Shown: piece by piece, positions 18,987 to 28,123 of the stretch
Layout: each line of letters opens with the position of its first letter
Position numbering within the stretch: position 1 is the first letter of the stretch
Virus record (IMG/VR): IMGVR_UViG_3300045988_180412
Coordinates: 1,841-65,840 of that record
Strand: one strand, 5' to 3'
Length of the DNA stretch: 64,000 nucleotides
Source: a virus
Position numbers and translations under genes: made by a program
Notes under the pieces: model-generated
Told to the model about the DNA's origin: nothing
The model's database searches: none
The model's input: the letters and a program-made list of their open reading frames with translations, nothing else

Positions 18987-18994
18987 CAAAGTTA
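18987..18994 (-). promoter_or_regulatory. Bacteroidota -7 box (TAACTTTG on minus strand) ahead of the lysis cassette
   Basis: Matches TAnnTTTG. Lies in the 63-nt gap between the tape-measure stop (19015) and the amidase ATG (18951). Confidence 0.4.
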
Positions 18995-19014
18995 ATGATT
19001 ATCAACGGCATTTC

Positions 19015-22000
19015 CTAATTACGCAGGTAGACGTTTACGCCGTGGGTGCTTGTCGTCCCCTTGGGACTGATTACGCGGTTTAAGGCGTTTATGGCTTCCT
19101 GCATCTTTTGTACGGTCATCGCGGTGTTGGCCTCGATATTGGGCAAACAGGCTAAGTGTTGCTGTACAAGACTGTCGGCATCTACCGTGCCGCCGCTTAG
19201 CGTTTGTGTCGCACTTGTCGTGCCTGCAACCTGCGCCCTTATCGCGGCCACATTCTCGGCTATCAACGGTATCGGGCTGAAATAGTAGAAAGCGGTATTT
19301 ATCGCCGCAGTCAACGCGTTGATTTCTTCGCTCGTGGCACTCGCTACACTCTTGGCTATGCCGGTACTCTTGCTGTCGGTGTCGCCTATCAATTCTTTTA
19401 GGTCGTATCCTCGCGCTTCTAAGGCTCGCCACAACGTCTCCATGGCACTATTGGCTTGATTGGTAAACGCATCAAGGTTGTTGGCTAAGTAGTCCACGGC
19501 TTTCATCGTGTCGTTGGGATTGCTTTCAAGCAACGATTGTACTTGCTTCCACATCGGCGCAAGTATGGAGTCTATCAACTTGGCGGCCGCACCCTCGATT
19601 ACCATGCTCTTTATCATCTCTTTGTATTTGCTCTTGATGGCATCGGTGGTACTCGCAAATGTGGATTTGGCCTCTAACCAGCTTTGAGCAAATTCTTTGG
19701 CGGCACTCGACCTGTCTGTACCCAACATGCGCGAAGTCATGTCGTCTTGCAATTCACGTATCTTGTCTGCCGTCTCTCGCGCACTGTTCAAATAGCCCTC
19801 GTAGGCCTCTTTGTCTTTCTTCTTGCCTTTGCTCGCTTCGGCTTCGGCTTGTTTGAGATAGGCGGCTTGCTGGGCTTTCAGATTGGCCATTTGGGTGTTA
19901 TAGTTGCTGATATAGTCGCGCCCGAATAGTTTGTCGGCGGCATCGTTCAGCCTGTCATACGCGTATTGCAACTGCTCTAACAGGTTCTTTTGACGCTTGA
20001 TTTCTTTGTTGGCTCGCCGTATCCTGCCTGCATTGAAGATGCTGCTAAACCCGACTATCAGCTTGGGTATCGCGCTTACGGCACTCTTAACAATGCCTAA
20101 GACATTGCCCGAGGCTACGGATTTTATTATATCGTCTACCGCACCGCCTACTTGGTCTAAGCCGTCGGCTATGTCGTTCCAAAATTGCACATCTTCTTCG
20201 CTGCCGCCTAATGCGCCGATAGCGTCGGCTATGCCGTGTGCAACCATACCCATGTCCTTAATGAACTCGCCCGCCGCTTCACTCGCCAAACTTAACCAAT
20301 CGCTTAAACGCTTCCAGCTTAGTACCGCTTCTTGGGCTTCGTCTCGCGATTTCGTGGCGGCATCATACGTCCTTTTGGCGGTTTCTTGTTGCGCGGTCGT
20401 GCCTTTTTCCATAGCAAAGTCTAAGGAGACTTTCGCCGCTCCTAAAAGCGTCTCGGCGTTCTTTAATTTTTCTTCGGCCTCGTCTCGACTCTTGCTCCCA
20501 AGTGTATCTCCGTATTTCTTCATGTTGCGATATTGTTTTATCGCATCGCCCAAGGCCTTAAAGGGATTGCTCTTGGCCAACTGCTTGGAAATCTCGTTTA
20601 AGCGCTTCTGCAATTCTTTTAATTCTGTCGGATTTAGACTCTTTCCCCACTGGGATTTCAGTTGCATCAAACCGCTGCGCATTCGTTTCAGCATCTCGGT
20701 GCTTGCATGGTCTAAGTCCTCAAACATCGCTACGTAATACGGCATATCCTTAAAGGCTTCCCATTCAATCTTGGCTTGCTCGGTCTGTTCGCGTCGCTTA
20801 TACCCCGACGTCAGCATCTCCGCCTCTTTCTTGGGTATATTGCCTGCTGCCGCCAGCTTTTCTATCTCGGCTATCTTGGCCGCAGTCTCGCGTGCGAGTT
20901 TCACACGCTTGTCGGCATAGGTCTCGGCTACTTTGAGGTCTTTGAGGTATCCCTGATAGGTGTTGGCCAAACGCTTCTGCCCGTCATCGGCTATCTTTTT
21001 CAACTTGTCATACATCTCGCCGAGTTCTTCTTTGTTTTCTTCGGCAAATTTGCGCAACTCCTTGAAATTCACGATGTTATCGGCATTGATTATCCCTTTG
21101 GGCAGCTTGACGGCCTCGACACTGCCCACTATCTGACGTATTTCATCGGCCATAAGCGCTTGCAAATCTGACCCCGTGCCGCCGAATATCGACTTGGCTA
21201 TATCCTCGGCTCGCGCCCTGCTGCCCGTCAGGTCAAAGATCTTGTCGTAAAATTCCTGCATCTCTTTGCTGCGGCTTACGCTGTCGGCTACCTCTTTGAG
21301 CTGTTCTTCTACCTGTTTGGCCAACAGTTCAAGGTTCAGATTGTCCCACTTCAATTGCAGTTCAAGCGCCGCTTTCTTGGCACCCTTCTGTTTGAGGTTG
21401 TCTATTATCTTGATAATCTTTTGGCTGACTTTTTCAAGCTCTTTAATGTCGAGAATATCGGACATCTTAAACGACAAACCGAAGCGCTTGCCAAGGTCGT
21501 TAAGACGCTTCAACGTCCCCTCGTACATCTGTTCTATATGCTTCGTTGCCGCCGTTTTACCCTCTTTTTTGACCAGCGCCTCGTATTTTTTGTAAATCTC
21601 TATGCGCTTGTCGTATATCTCTCGCAACTCCTGCAAGGTGGTATCGCTCTTGCGCCCCTTATTAGTCTTGGTGTCATCAGGCAAGTACGTGCGCTCGAAT
21701 TTGGCCTGCTCTTTAAGCGCCTTGACAAGTTCTTGTGTGTCGGCTATCTTTTGCGCATACATCTGCTGCGCAAGCCATCCGCCAACTTGTACGGCTCGCG
21801 ACCATCGCTTGATGTCTGCCTCGTACCCCGCTACGGCTTCATCTAACGCCTTGACATGCTCTTTAAGATTGTTGTTGCCGTCCCATAGATATTGTTTCAG
21901 CCTGCCAAAGGCCTTGCCTACAATACCGGTGTTCTCGGCCGTTACTATCAAGTGCTGCTGTATCTGTCGCACGGCAGGGTCGGTTGACGCTATGGTCTCT

Positions 22001-24714
22001 TGCAACTCTTTCATCGAGTTCCCTGCGGCTATCAGCTTAGGCGAACCCTCGGCAAAGGCTCTCTTTACTTCTCCCCAGTTTATCAGCGAAAATTCGGTCT
22101 TATGCTCGTCCGCCCACGAGGCCGCCGCCGTAAAGTATTCTTTGGGCAGATTTATGCCTTCTCGCGCCGCCATAGCCGCAAGGTTGTTATACATCACCTG
22201 CAACTGCGCATTTATCTGCTCTACATATTTGGCATACTCGCCTTGGACTTTGGTCGGGTCATAAATTACGTTGCTGACGCTGAATACCGTATTATCCGCG
22301 CCTAACAGCCCGGCTTCTGCATTGGCGTTAATCATCTCGGGATACGACCAATCGCCGTTTGCAATAGCCTCCTGTATGCGGTCTATCGCCGCCGCATACT
22401 CGTTGAGGCTGTCTACGGCATTTTTGTATTTCGTGTCATTATCTGCCAAAGACTCATTTTGCGCTTTGATTGTGGCGTTGTACTCCCCGGCAGCATCGAT
22501 AATTTCCATAAATCTTGTCAAAGCACCCTTAGTTCCCGAACCTCCGGCAAGCCAAAAAAATTCTTTTGATTTATAACCATACTGGGTCATCAACGTCAGT
22601 ATGCCGTTGAGTACTTCCTTATATCGCTCCGCCTCTTTTACATCACCGTCGGATAGCACAATATTGGATATATTTCCTTCTTTATCAAACTTAAAGTCCT
22701 TTATCTTAGACCAATCTATATCCCATTTTCCTGCATTGATAAGGTCGGTAATATATTCCCTTATGGCTTCAACTCCGCGCACGGTCAACTCGCCGCGTTC
22801 CTCGAAGTCGTTGATTTGGTTAAGCAATTCTTCGCTCTGCGTTTTAAGTCGCTGACCATAAGCCTCTTTAATCGCCGCTTCTTTCTCGCTGTGCTTCTGC
22901 TTTTCGTTGTACGCCTCTACCATCTGGGTCAGCGAAGCATACTCGCCGTTCAGCTCGCGCAGTTTTTCTATTTGGAGGTTTTGACTGTCTACGATGTTTC
23001 CGTAGGTGCGGTTTAATTCGTCAAGGGCGTCTTTCTGCTTCTTACTGCCGTCCACGGCGTGTACCGCTTCGTCCGCCAGTTTCTTGAAGTTGCTTCTGTC
23101 AAACGTGTTCTTGTCGGCATACGTTGTTTCTATTTCCGCAAACTTGGCTTGCAGCTTGTCTACCGCATCCGCCGCTTTACTGAATATCTCTATCAACGCG
23201 GTTATCGCCAATACCGCCCATCCTAATGGATTACTCAAAAACGCCGCTTTGAGCTTATATAAACTCTTGGTAAAGAGATTGGTCGCCTGCGTTGCTCGCA
23301 ACTGCGCCACCGCTATCCCCATCTGCTGCTTGTTGTAAAAACGTGCCATCCGCCCCGCTTTTTCCATCGACTCGGCTTCTCGCTGCAATGCCGTAACTCT
23401 CTGCGTGGCTCTTATCAGCTGCTCTTTACCGGCCACTGTAAACAACAATGCCGAAGCTCGCGCACTCATCGCCGCAACCTTGAATATTCCAAAGGCTATC
23501 GCAACGTTCCTTATCGAACCGGCCACACTTTCCCAGTTGCGCATCAGATTGGTAACGGTCTTAATCAACCCTTTCATCAGGTCATTGACCCAACCCGTGC
23601 GCCCTATCTCGTCATACATCATCGAAGCGGCATCACCTAATTTAGCCCATAAGCCGTATAGGGTATTGCCCTGCTTTATCTGCATGTCGTAGAAGATGCC
23701 GCCTTTATTGGTCATGTCCTCAAACACTTCTTTGACCATGTCAAACGAAATCTGACGCTTACTTATCATATCCATTACATCGGACGCCTTGACAAGTTCA
23801 CCGTTGGCGGCACTTAATTTCTTCGCAAGTTCCTCAACCAACGGTATGCCCGCTTCTGTTGCCTGCCTTACTTCGCTCGCGCGTAGATAGCCCGTGGTTC
23901 GCACTTGTCCGTACAACAACACTATTCTGTCCATGCTTACGCCAAGGCCGACAGATACGTCAGTCAAGCGTTTGGTGGTGTCGAAAAGGTCGTCTATGCC
24001 TATCTTGTACGCCGCAAGCTGCTTGGTGTACTTGGTCAAGTCAAGCACACTCACGGGCGATTGCAACGCAAAGCTCTTTATCTCGGCAAACAACGCATTC
24101 GCCCTCGTTTGGTCTTGAATTATAGCCCCTAACGATATGCGCTGCAACTCAAATTCTGCCGTAACCTCGCGTATCTTAGAGATAAAGTTGAATACCGAAC
24201 TTACGGAGTAGTATACGGCCAGACGCTTTATCAAACGCGATAAGTAGGTTTCTTGCTTGTGCATCGCACCGTTGACACCGTTCCAGCCTTTGGCGGCTCG
24301 TTCAAGCTCTTTCGCCTCGTTCTTTTGCTTGGTATCCGCAGCCTGCTGTACTTGCCGCAAGGTTTGCGCATAGGTGCGCAGTATCGCCTGCAAACGAGCG
24401 TATTCTTCTTTGAGCGCCTTGGCTCTGTCTGTCAACTCGCCGGTCGATTTATTCTGTATGCGTTCTGCCTCGCCCAGTCCGTTCCATTCTTTTTCAAGTT
24501 GTCTGATACGCTGATTTATCGCATCGATAGAGCCTGCCGCCGCTTTTATCCCTCCCGTCATGGCCGCACTGCCTTTGGCGTCTATGGTGATGGCCAACGG
24601 TCGGGCGTCTATCATCAACTTCATGCGGTCGAGGAATTTCTTGGCATCGGCTTCCGCACGTTTCGCCCCCTCGTCAAGGTCGAAGTTTATGCCGAATTTT
24701 AGATTATTGTCCAT
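19015..24714 (-). CDS. tail tape measure protein (1899 aa)
   Basis: Very long coiled-coil protein directly after the G/GT chaperones. Its core segment (GVSMDRIVLLYGQVRTTGYLRASEVRQATEAGIPL) is typical of TP901-type tape measure proteins. Confidence 0.9.
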   Translation of the reverse strand: MDNNLKFGINFDLDEGAKRAEADAKKFLDRMKLMIDARPLAITIDAKGSAAMTGGIKAAAGSIDAINQRIRQLEKEWNGLGEAERIQNKSTGELTDRAKALKEEYARLQAILRTYAQTLRQVQQAADTKQKNEAKELERAAKGWNGVNGAMHKQETYLSRLIKRLAVYYSVSSVFNFISKIREVTAEFELQRISLGAIIQDQTRANALFAEIKSFALQSPVSVLDLTKYTKQLAAYKIGIDDLFDTTKRLTDVSVGLGVSMDRIVLLYGQVRTTGYLRASEVRQATEAGIPLVEELAKKLSAANGELVKASDVMDMISKRQISFDMVKEVFEDMTNKGGIFYDMQIKQGNTLYGLWAKLGDAASMMYDEIGRTGWVNDLMKGLIKTVTNLMRNWESVAGSIRNVAIAFGIFKVAAMSARASALLFTVAGKEQLIRATQRVTALQREAESMEKAGRMARFYNKQQMGIAVAQLRATQATNLFTKSLYKLKAAFLSNPLGWAVLAITALIEIFSKAADAVDKLQAKFAEIETTYADKNTFDRSNFKKLADEAVHAVDGSKKQKDALDELNRTYGNIVDSQNLQIEKLRELNGEYASLTQMVEAYNEKQKHSEKEAAIKEAYGQRLKTQSEELLNQINDFEERGELTVRGVEAIREYITDLINAGKWDIDWSKIKDFKFDKEGNISNIVLSDGDVKEAERYKEVLNGILTLMTQYGYKSKEFFWLAGGSGTKGALTRFMEIIDAAGEYNATIKAQNESLADNDTKYKNAVDSLNEYAAAIDRIQEAIANGDWSYPEMINANAEAGLLGADNTVFSVSNVIYDPTKVQGEYAKYVEQINAQLQVMYNNLAAMAAREGINLPKEYFTAAASWADEHKTEFSLINWGEVKRAFAEGSPKLIAAGNSMKELQETIASTDPAVRQIQQHLIVTAENTGIVGKAFGRLKQYLWDGNNNLKEHVKALDEAVAGYEADIKRWSRAVQVGGWLAQQMYAQKIADTQELVKALKEQAKFERTYLPDDTKTNKGRKSDTTLQELREIYDKRIEIYKKYEALVKKEGKTAATKHIEQMYEGTLKRLNDLGKRFGLSFKMSDILDIKELEKVSQKIIKIIDNLKQKGAKKAALELQLKWDNLNLELLAKQVEEQLKEVADSVSRSKEMQEFYDKIFDLTGSRARAEDIAKSIFGGTGSDLQALMADEIRQIVGSVEAVKLPKGIINADNIVNFKELRKFAEENKEELGEMYDKLKKIADDGQKRLANTYQGYLKDLKVAETYADKRVKLARETAAKIAEIEKLAAAGNIPKKEAEMLTSGYKRREQTEQAKIEWEAFKDMPYYVAMFEDLDHASTEMLKRMRSGLMQLKSQWGKSLNPTELKELQKRLNEISKQLAKSNPFKALGDAIKQYRNMKKYGDTLGSKSRDEAEEKLKNAETLLGAAKVSLDFAMEKGTTAQQETAKRTYDAATKSRDEAQEAVLSWKRLSDWLSLASEAAGEFIKDMGMVAHGIADAIGALGGSEEDVQFWNDIADGLDQVGGAVDDIIKSVASGNVLGIVKSAVSAIPKLIVGFSSIFNAGRIRRANKEIKRQKNLLEQLQYAYDRLNDAADKLFGRDYISNYNTQMANLKAQQAAYLKQAEAEASKGKKKDKEAYEGYLNSARETADKIRELQDDMTSRMLGTDRSSAAKEFAQSWLEAKSTFASTTDAIKSKYKEMIKSMVIEGAAAKLIDSILAPMWKQVQSLLESNPNDTMKAVDYLANNLDAFTNQANSAMETLWRALEARGYDLKELIGDTDSKSTGIAKSVASATSEEINALTAAINTAFYYFSPIPLIAENVAAIRAQVAGTTSATQTLSGGTVDADSLVQQHLACLPNIEANTAMTVQKMQEAINALNRVISPKGTTSTHGVNVYLRN

Positions 24715-25620
24715 TGCATTTCTTTTTGTCGTTCTGTAATTTTCGCATTGCTGCCGCTTGTACGCTTTCTACACACGAGGTTACGCCATTACCGCTTTCG
24801 TCTTTTAAGGTCTTGACTTTGCCCCAACCAAAGCGAGCGAAGATGTCCTGCATTGCCGCCTTTTCTCGCGGCGGACGTATTTCTTCTTGCTCTTTTCCCT
24901 CAACCTCGGCATAGTCGTAATCGTAGTATCCCTTGTCCATAAGCATCAACAACGTCTTATCGGAATTGTCTAAATACCAATACCTTAGCCACGACCAAAA
25001 TCCGTAATTGCCGTACAGCGCTTTAATGCGCTCGTCTGTCTCGCTTACCGAAAAGGCACTGCCTACTTGCTGTCCTCCTCCTTTTTCGGCAAAGCGTCCT
25101 CGTCCAACATATTTTCCGCACTCTCCTTTCTTTCGAGCCATTGCTTTGCGACGTCGCCAACCTGCTTCATAGAGAGCGCGAGTAGATAGCTTATAACTTC
25201 CAAGTTGGCGGTAAAAAAAGACTCTTCTTCGCGCTGCAAGGTCTTGTTTATGTTGATGGTCATACTCAATTCCTCGCTCGCAAACCACAAACGCCGCCAC
25301 ATATACGCGGTCGCAAACGGTATCCAACAACGCCGAAACCCGAGTATATACCGCGCCGCTATCTTCGCAGGTATCTGCCGAAATCGTTTGTATAAGCGCT
25401 TCTGCTTGCGCTCGCTCAACCCCTCGCGCTTCTGCTCGGCCTGTATCTGTCGTGCCTCTTGGGCATACTCGCCTATCTTCGCAGCCTGCGCATTGCTTAT
25501 GCGCCGCAATTTCCATCTCTTGCCGCCTATCTCTATCTCGGTGGGACGCCCTTTTATAATGTCGTTGGCCGTGCCAACCATTGCAGCTTCGTCTATCTGC
25601 GGTGTCTGTTCTTGCTTCAT
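24704..25620 (-). CDS. tail assembly chaperone frameshift product (gpGT analogue)
   Basis: The -1 frame stays open from the slip site to 24704 and ends 11 nt inside the tape-measure start. The phase arithmetic (25620 mod 3 = 0, extension frame mod 3 = 1) fits a -1 shift. Confidence 0.6.
25063..25620 (-). CDS. tail assembly chaperone (gpG analogue)
   Basis: 185 aa, located between the major tail and tape measure genes. A downstream ORF overlaps it in the -1 frame. Confidence 0.7.
   Translation of the reverse strand: MKQEQTPQIDEAAMVGTANDIIKGRPTEIEIGGKRWKLRRISNAQAAKIGEYAQEARQIQAEQKREGLSERKQKRLYKRFRQIPAKIAARYILGFRRCWIPFATAYMWRRLWFASEELSMTININKTLQREEESFFTANLEVISYLLALSMKQVGDVAKQWLERKESAENMLDEDALPKKEEDSK
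25081..25087 (-). promoter_or_regulatory. candidate -1 slippery site G-AAA-AAG
   Basis: The minus-strand sequence CCG AAA AAG GAG lies seven codons before the gpG stop. It is the only A-rich heptamer in the overlap. Confidence 0.5.
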
Positions 25621-25711
25621 GTCTTTTTGTGTGGTTTATAAAAACGGCGTGGACGGCGGCTTGTCTTGCCGTACCGCCCACGCCCGTATGTCGATGTCTT
25701 ACGCTGTCTGC

Positions 25712-26293
25712 TTAGGAGGCGTAAACGGGTGTGCCGTCGCCAAGCATAAATGTTCCCAACTCGGCGGTGTCGATAAATTCGGCGGTAACGGTGAGCTTGA
25801 TGCGCACGAGCTTATCTTCCATCGAAAGGTTGGAGAGTATACGCGCCTTGGGAAACAGAATGTACCTGTTGGCCTCGTCATTGAATATGGCTATGGGACG
25901 CGTAATTACGGGTATTGCCGTACCGGCCTTGATGAGATTGGTGATATTGCTGATGCTCACGGGTGTCCCGGCAGGCGTTACGGCTACGCCGCGCAGAAAC
26001 AGTACGGCGTTCTCTTTGCTCACGGAGGCCATCTCGCACGAGAAACCGAAGGTTCCCGCAGTGGATTTGGCCACAATAACATTGCCCTGCTCGTCTACGG
26101 TGTTGTCGAAGGTCGCATCTTCGCCCTCCCACGAGGTGGAGTCGCCTACAACCTGTCCGAGGCTCACACCTGACGAAACTATGTTGGCAAGAGTGGTAGT
26201 ACTCGAATAACCGCTGGTCGGCGCATCAAATACCACGATGTCGCTTTGGCCGTTAAAAATCTTGGTTACATCGGCCTTTGTAATCTTTGGCAT
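25712..26293 (-). CDS. major tail protein
   Basis: 193 aa, immediately upstream of the chaperone pair. Assigned by synteny. Confidence 0.7.
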   Translation of the reverse strand: MPKITKADVTKIFNGQSDIVVFDAPTSGYSSTTTLANIVSSGVSLGQVVGDSTSWEGEDATFDNTVDEQGNVIVAKSTAGTFGFSCEMASVSKENAVLFLRGVAVTPAGTPVSISNITNLIKAGTAIPVITRPIAIFNDEANRYILFPKARILSNLSMEDKLVRIKLTVTAEFIDTAELGTFMLGDGTPVYAS

Positions 26294-26306
26294 TGTTTAT
26301 TCTGTA

Positions 26307-26774
26307 TTAGATGGTTCTACTTTTATTGTTGTGTATCTCGTCTGTGGTATGCCACGATATGTTCAATACCATTGTCGCATAGCCGCTCGTAAGGTTGACC
26401 GTGGGCTGAACTATCGGATTCAAGAGGTCTATCTCATAGTAATATCCGCCGATAACTCTGCGGTCGATATGACTCGCCGATTGCTCGGCTAATAACGCAA
26501 GACGCTTGCGCCGCGCTATTACGCCGCTGACAGCCTTGCTGTTGATGCTCAACGCAAGATTGCCGCGCATCACGCCTATGGGATAGGTCTTGCTCTGAAT
26601 GACTCCGTTGTAACTCACCGTCATAAATTCATCGCCTAAACCGGTTTGGGGCTGCTCGCCTTGCGCATATACACGCACACCGCGCTTGGGTGAGGTTGCC
26701 GATGTCTGAACAAACAGTCTGTCGTCCATCCATTCGGCAAGTACTTTGTCGGGGTTTAATTCGGTAATCTTCAT
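26307..26774 (-). CDS. tail terminator / tail completion protein (by position)
   Basis: Synteny only. Confidence 0.45.
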   Translation of the reverse strand: MKITELNPDKVLAEWMDDRLFVQTSATSPKRGVRVYAQGEQPQTGLGDEFMTVSYNGVIQSKTYPIGVMRGNLALSINSKAVSGVIARRKRLALLAEQSASHIDRRVIGGYYYEIDLLNPIVQPTVNLTSGYATMVLNISWHTTDEIHNNKSRTI

Positions 26775-27292
26775 ACTATCGGAGCTATCGGCGCTAAACC
26801 TGTCATCACTTCGTTAAACAGCACATTCTCCAAATTGCGGAAATATCCCGCACCGCGCCCTATCTTCGACCCCATGGTCTCGATGTAATAGGCGTAGGGT
26901 ACGGTGCTGAATAATACTATCCATATGCCACGAGAGTATGTGCCTGCGGCATCACTCAATGCGGTCTGCAACAACGTTGTACCGTCTATGCCGGTCTTGG
27001 GCGAACCTAAACCGGTGCGTGCTTTCTTGGTGGCTCGCTTGGTCGGAATGTAGGTCTTCATTACGCCGCTCTCAAATACCCCGACTCCCGTGGCATCGTG
27101 CAAGTTGGCGGTGTCTACGGGAAATTGGGTAGTGCCGTCGGGCATCACAAAGCCGTTGTCGATATACTGCACCATACGCTGCGCAACAGCGTTGCACATC
27201 GCGATAATTCGCGGACGAACAACCCTGCGAAGAAATTCTTCTATCCCCACGCGGATAACCATCTCGTTGTTATGTGCATATGATACCGCCAT
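26771..27292 (-). CDS. HK97 gp10-like neck/tail component
   Basis: The PVDTANLHDAT segment resembles the gp10-family P-x-D-T-G-x-L motif, and the position fits. Confidence 0.5.
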   Translation of the reverse strand: MAVSYAHNNEMVIRVGIEEFLRRVVRPRIIAMCNAVAQRMVQYIDNGFVMPDGTTQFPVDTANLHDATGVGVFESGVMKTYIPTKRATKKARTGLGSPKTGIDGTTLLQTALSDAAGTYSRGIWIVLFSTVPYAYYIETMGSKIGRGAGYFRNLENVLFNEVMTGLAPIAPIV

Positions 27293-27642
27293 TATTCTCC
27301 GATACTTTGCTTTAACTCGATTTTCGTGTATAAGGCATGGGTCAACGGCATCTCTATGTCCCTGACGGTCTTGACTATGCCGGTGCGTAAACGTCCGCTC
27401 TTGGCACGTATTTTTACCGTGTCGCCCTCCATCACTATTACGGCATTGCCGGGCAAGTAAACCGCATCATTGCGTACACTGACGCTCTGATAGGTCTGCC
27501 CGCCCGATTGATAACAGCATTTGCCGCTGTATATCGTCTCGGCTTCAACGGGCTCATCGTAATCGTCTAAGTCGATGCTCCCGCCGCCGTCTGTGATATT
27601 GCGGATTATCTCGCAATGGTCATCAAAGTGTATCAGTTCCAT
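27292..27642 (-). CDS. head closure protein (by position)
   Basis: Synteny only; 116 aa. Confidence 0.45.
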   Translation of the reverse strand: MELIHFDDHCEIIRNITDGGGSIDLDDYDEPVEAETIYSGKCCYQSGGQTYQSVSVRNDAVYLPGNAVIVMEGDTVKIRAKSGRLRTGIVKTVRDIEMPLTHALYTKIELKQSIGE

Positions 27643-28070
27643 TTACAACCGCTTTTACTCGTCCTGTTGCGCTTGCCGGTGGCATCAAAAGCTCCCGCAC
27701 TTTCGTTTACGTTTTCTTCGATTTCAGCACCTATCTCGCCGCGCAATTTGTCCGCTACTTTGCGATAGTATTCGCGATCGCTCTGGGTTATGGTAAATCC
27801 GCTTTGACTCGCGTGTACATCCCCCACTTGCTCGCTGCGACTACCGCCGCTGAAAACCCCCGCCGCACTGTAAAACAGCGTTGACGTAGCATATTTGAGG
27901 CTCTTGACCCATCCTCCGTCATCGGCATTGTCCTCTACTACATCGTTTGTGTTCAACGGACATAGCGCTTCGGGACGGGCAAACAACGGCGAGACCGCCG
28001 CATGTTCTATCACTGCCGCTTCAAAGGGATAACCGGGTACTTGCGCCCTCAAATATGCTTCTACCGTCAT
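27633..28070 (-). CDS. head-tail connector/adaptor (by position)
   Basis: First gene after the capsid gene. Confidence 0.45.
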   Translation of the reverse strand: MTVEAYLRAQVPGYPFEAAVIEHAAVSPLFARPEALCPLNTNDVVEDNADDGGWVKSLKYATSTLFYSAAGVFSGGSRSEQVGDVHASQSGFTITQSDREYYRKVADKLRGEIGAEIEENVNESAGAFDATGKRNRTSKSGCKWN

Positions 28071-28123
28071 TGCTGTATTATGGCTGTGTGCTAATAAGTA
28101 TTAAGGTCGTGGCTGCTACGCTA

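Noticed and set aside
19019-19432. 137-aa alternative-frame ORF within the tape measure gene
   Set aside because: It is an Arg/His-rich out-of-frame ORF fully inside a strongly supported gene.
24704-25681. 325-aa minus-strand ORF spanning the whole chaperone region
   Set aside because: Only its C-terminal part (downstream of about 25087) is likely to be translated, as the -1 frameshift extension of the 25063..25620 gene. The N-terminal 200 aa are Arg/His-rich out-of-frame sequence overlapping a better gene.
25205-26173. 322-aa plus-strand ORF
   Set aside because: It is antisense to the chaperone and major tail genes. It has no motif and breaks the operon logic.
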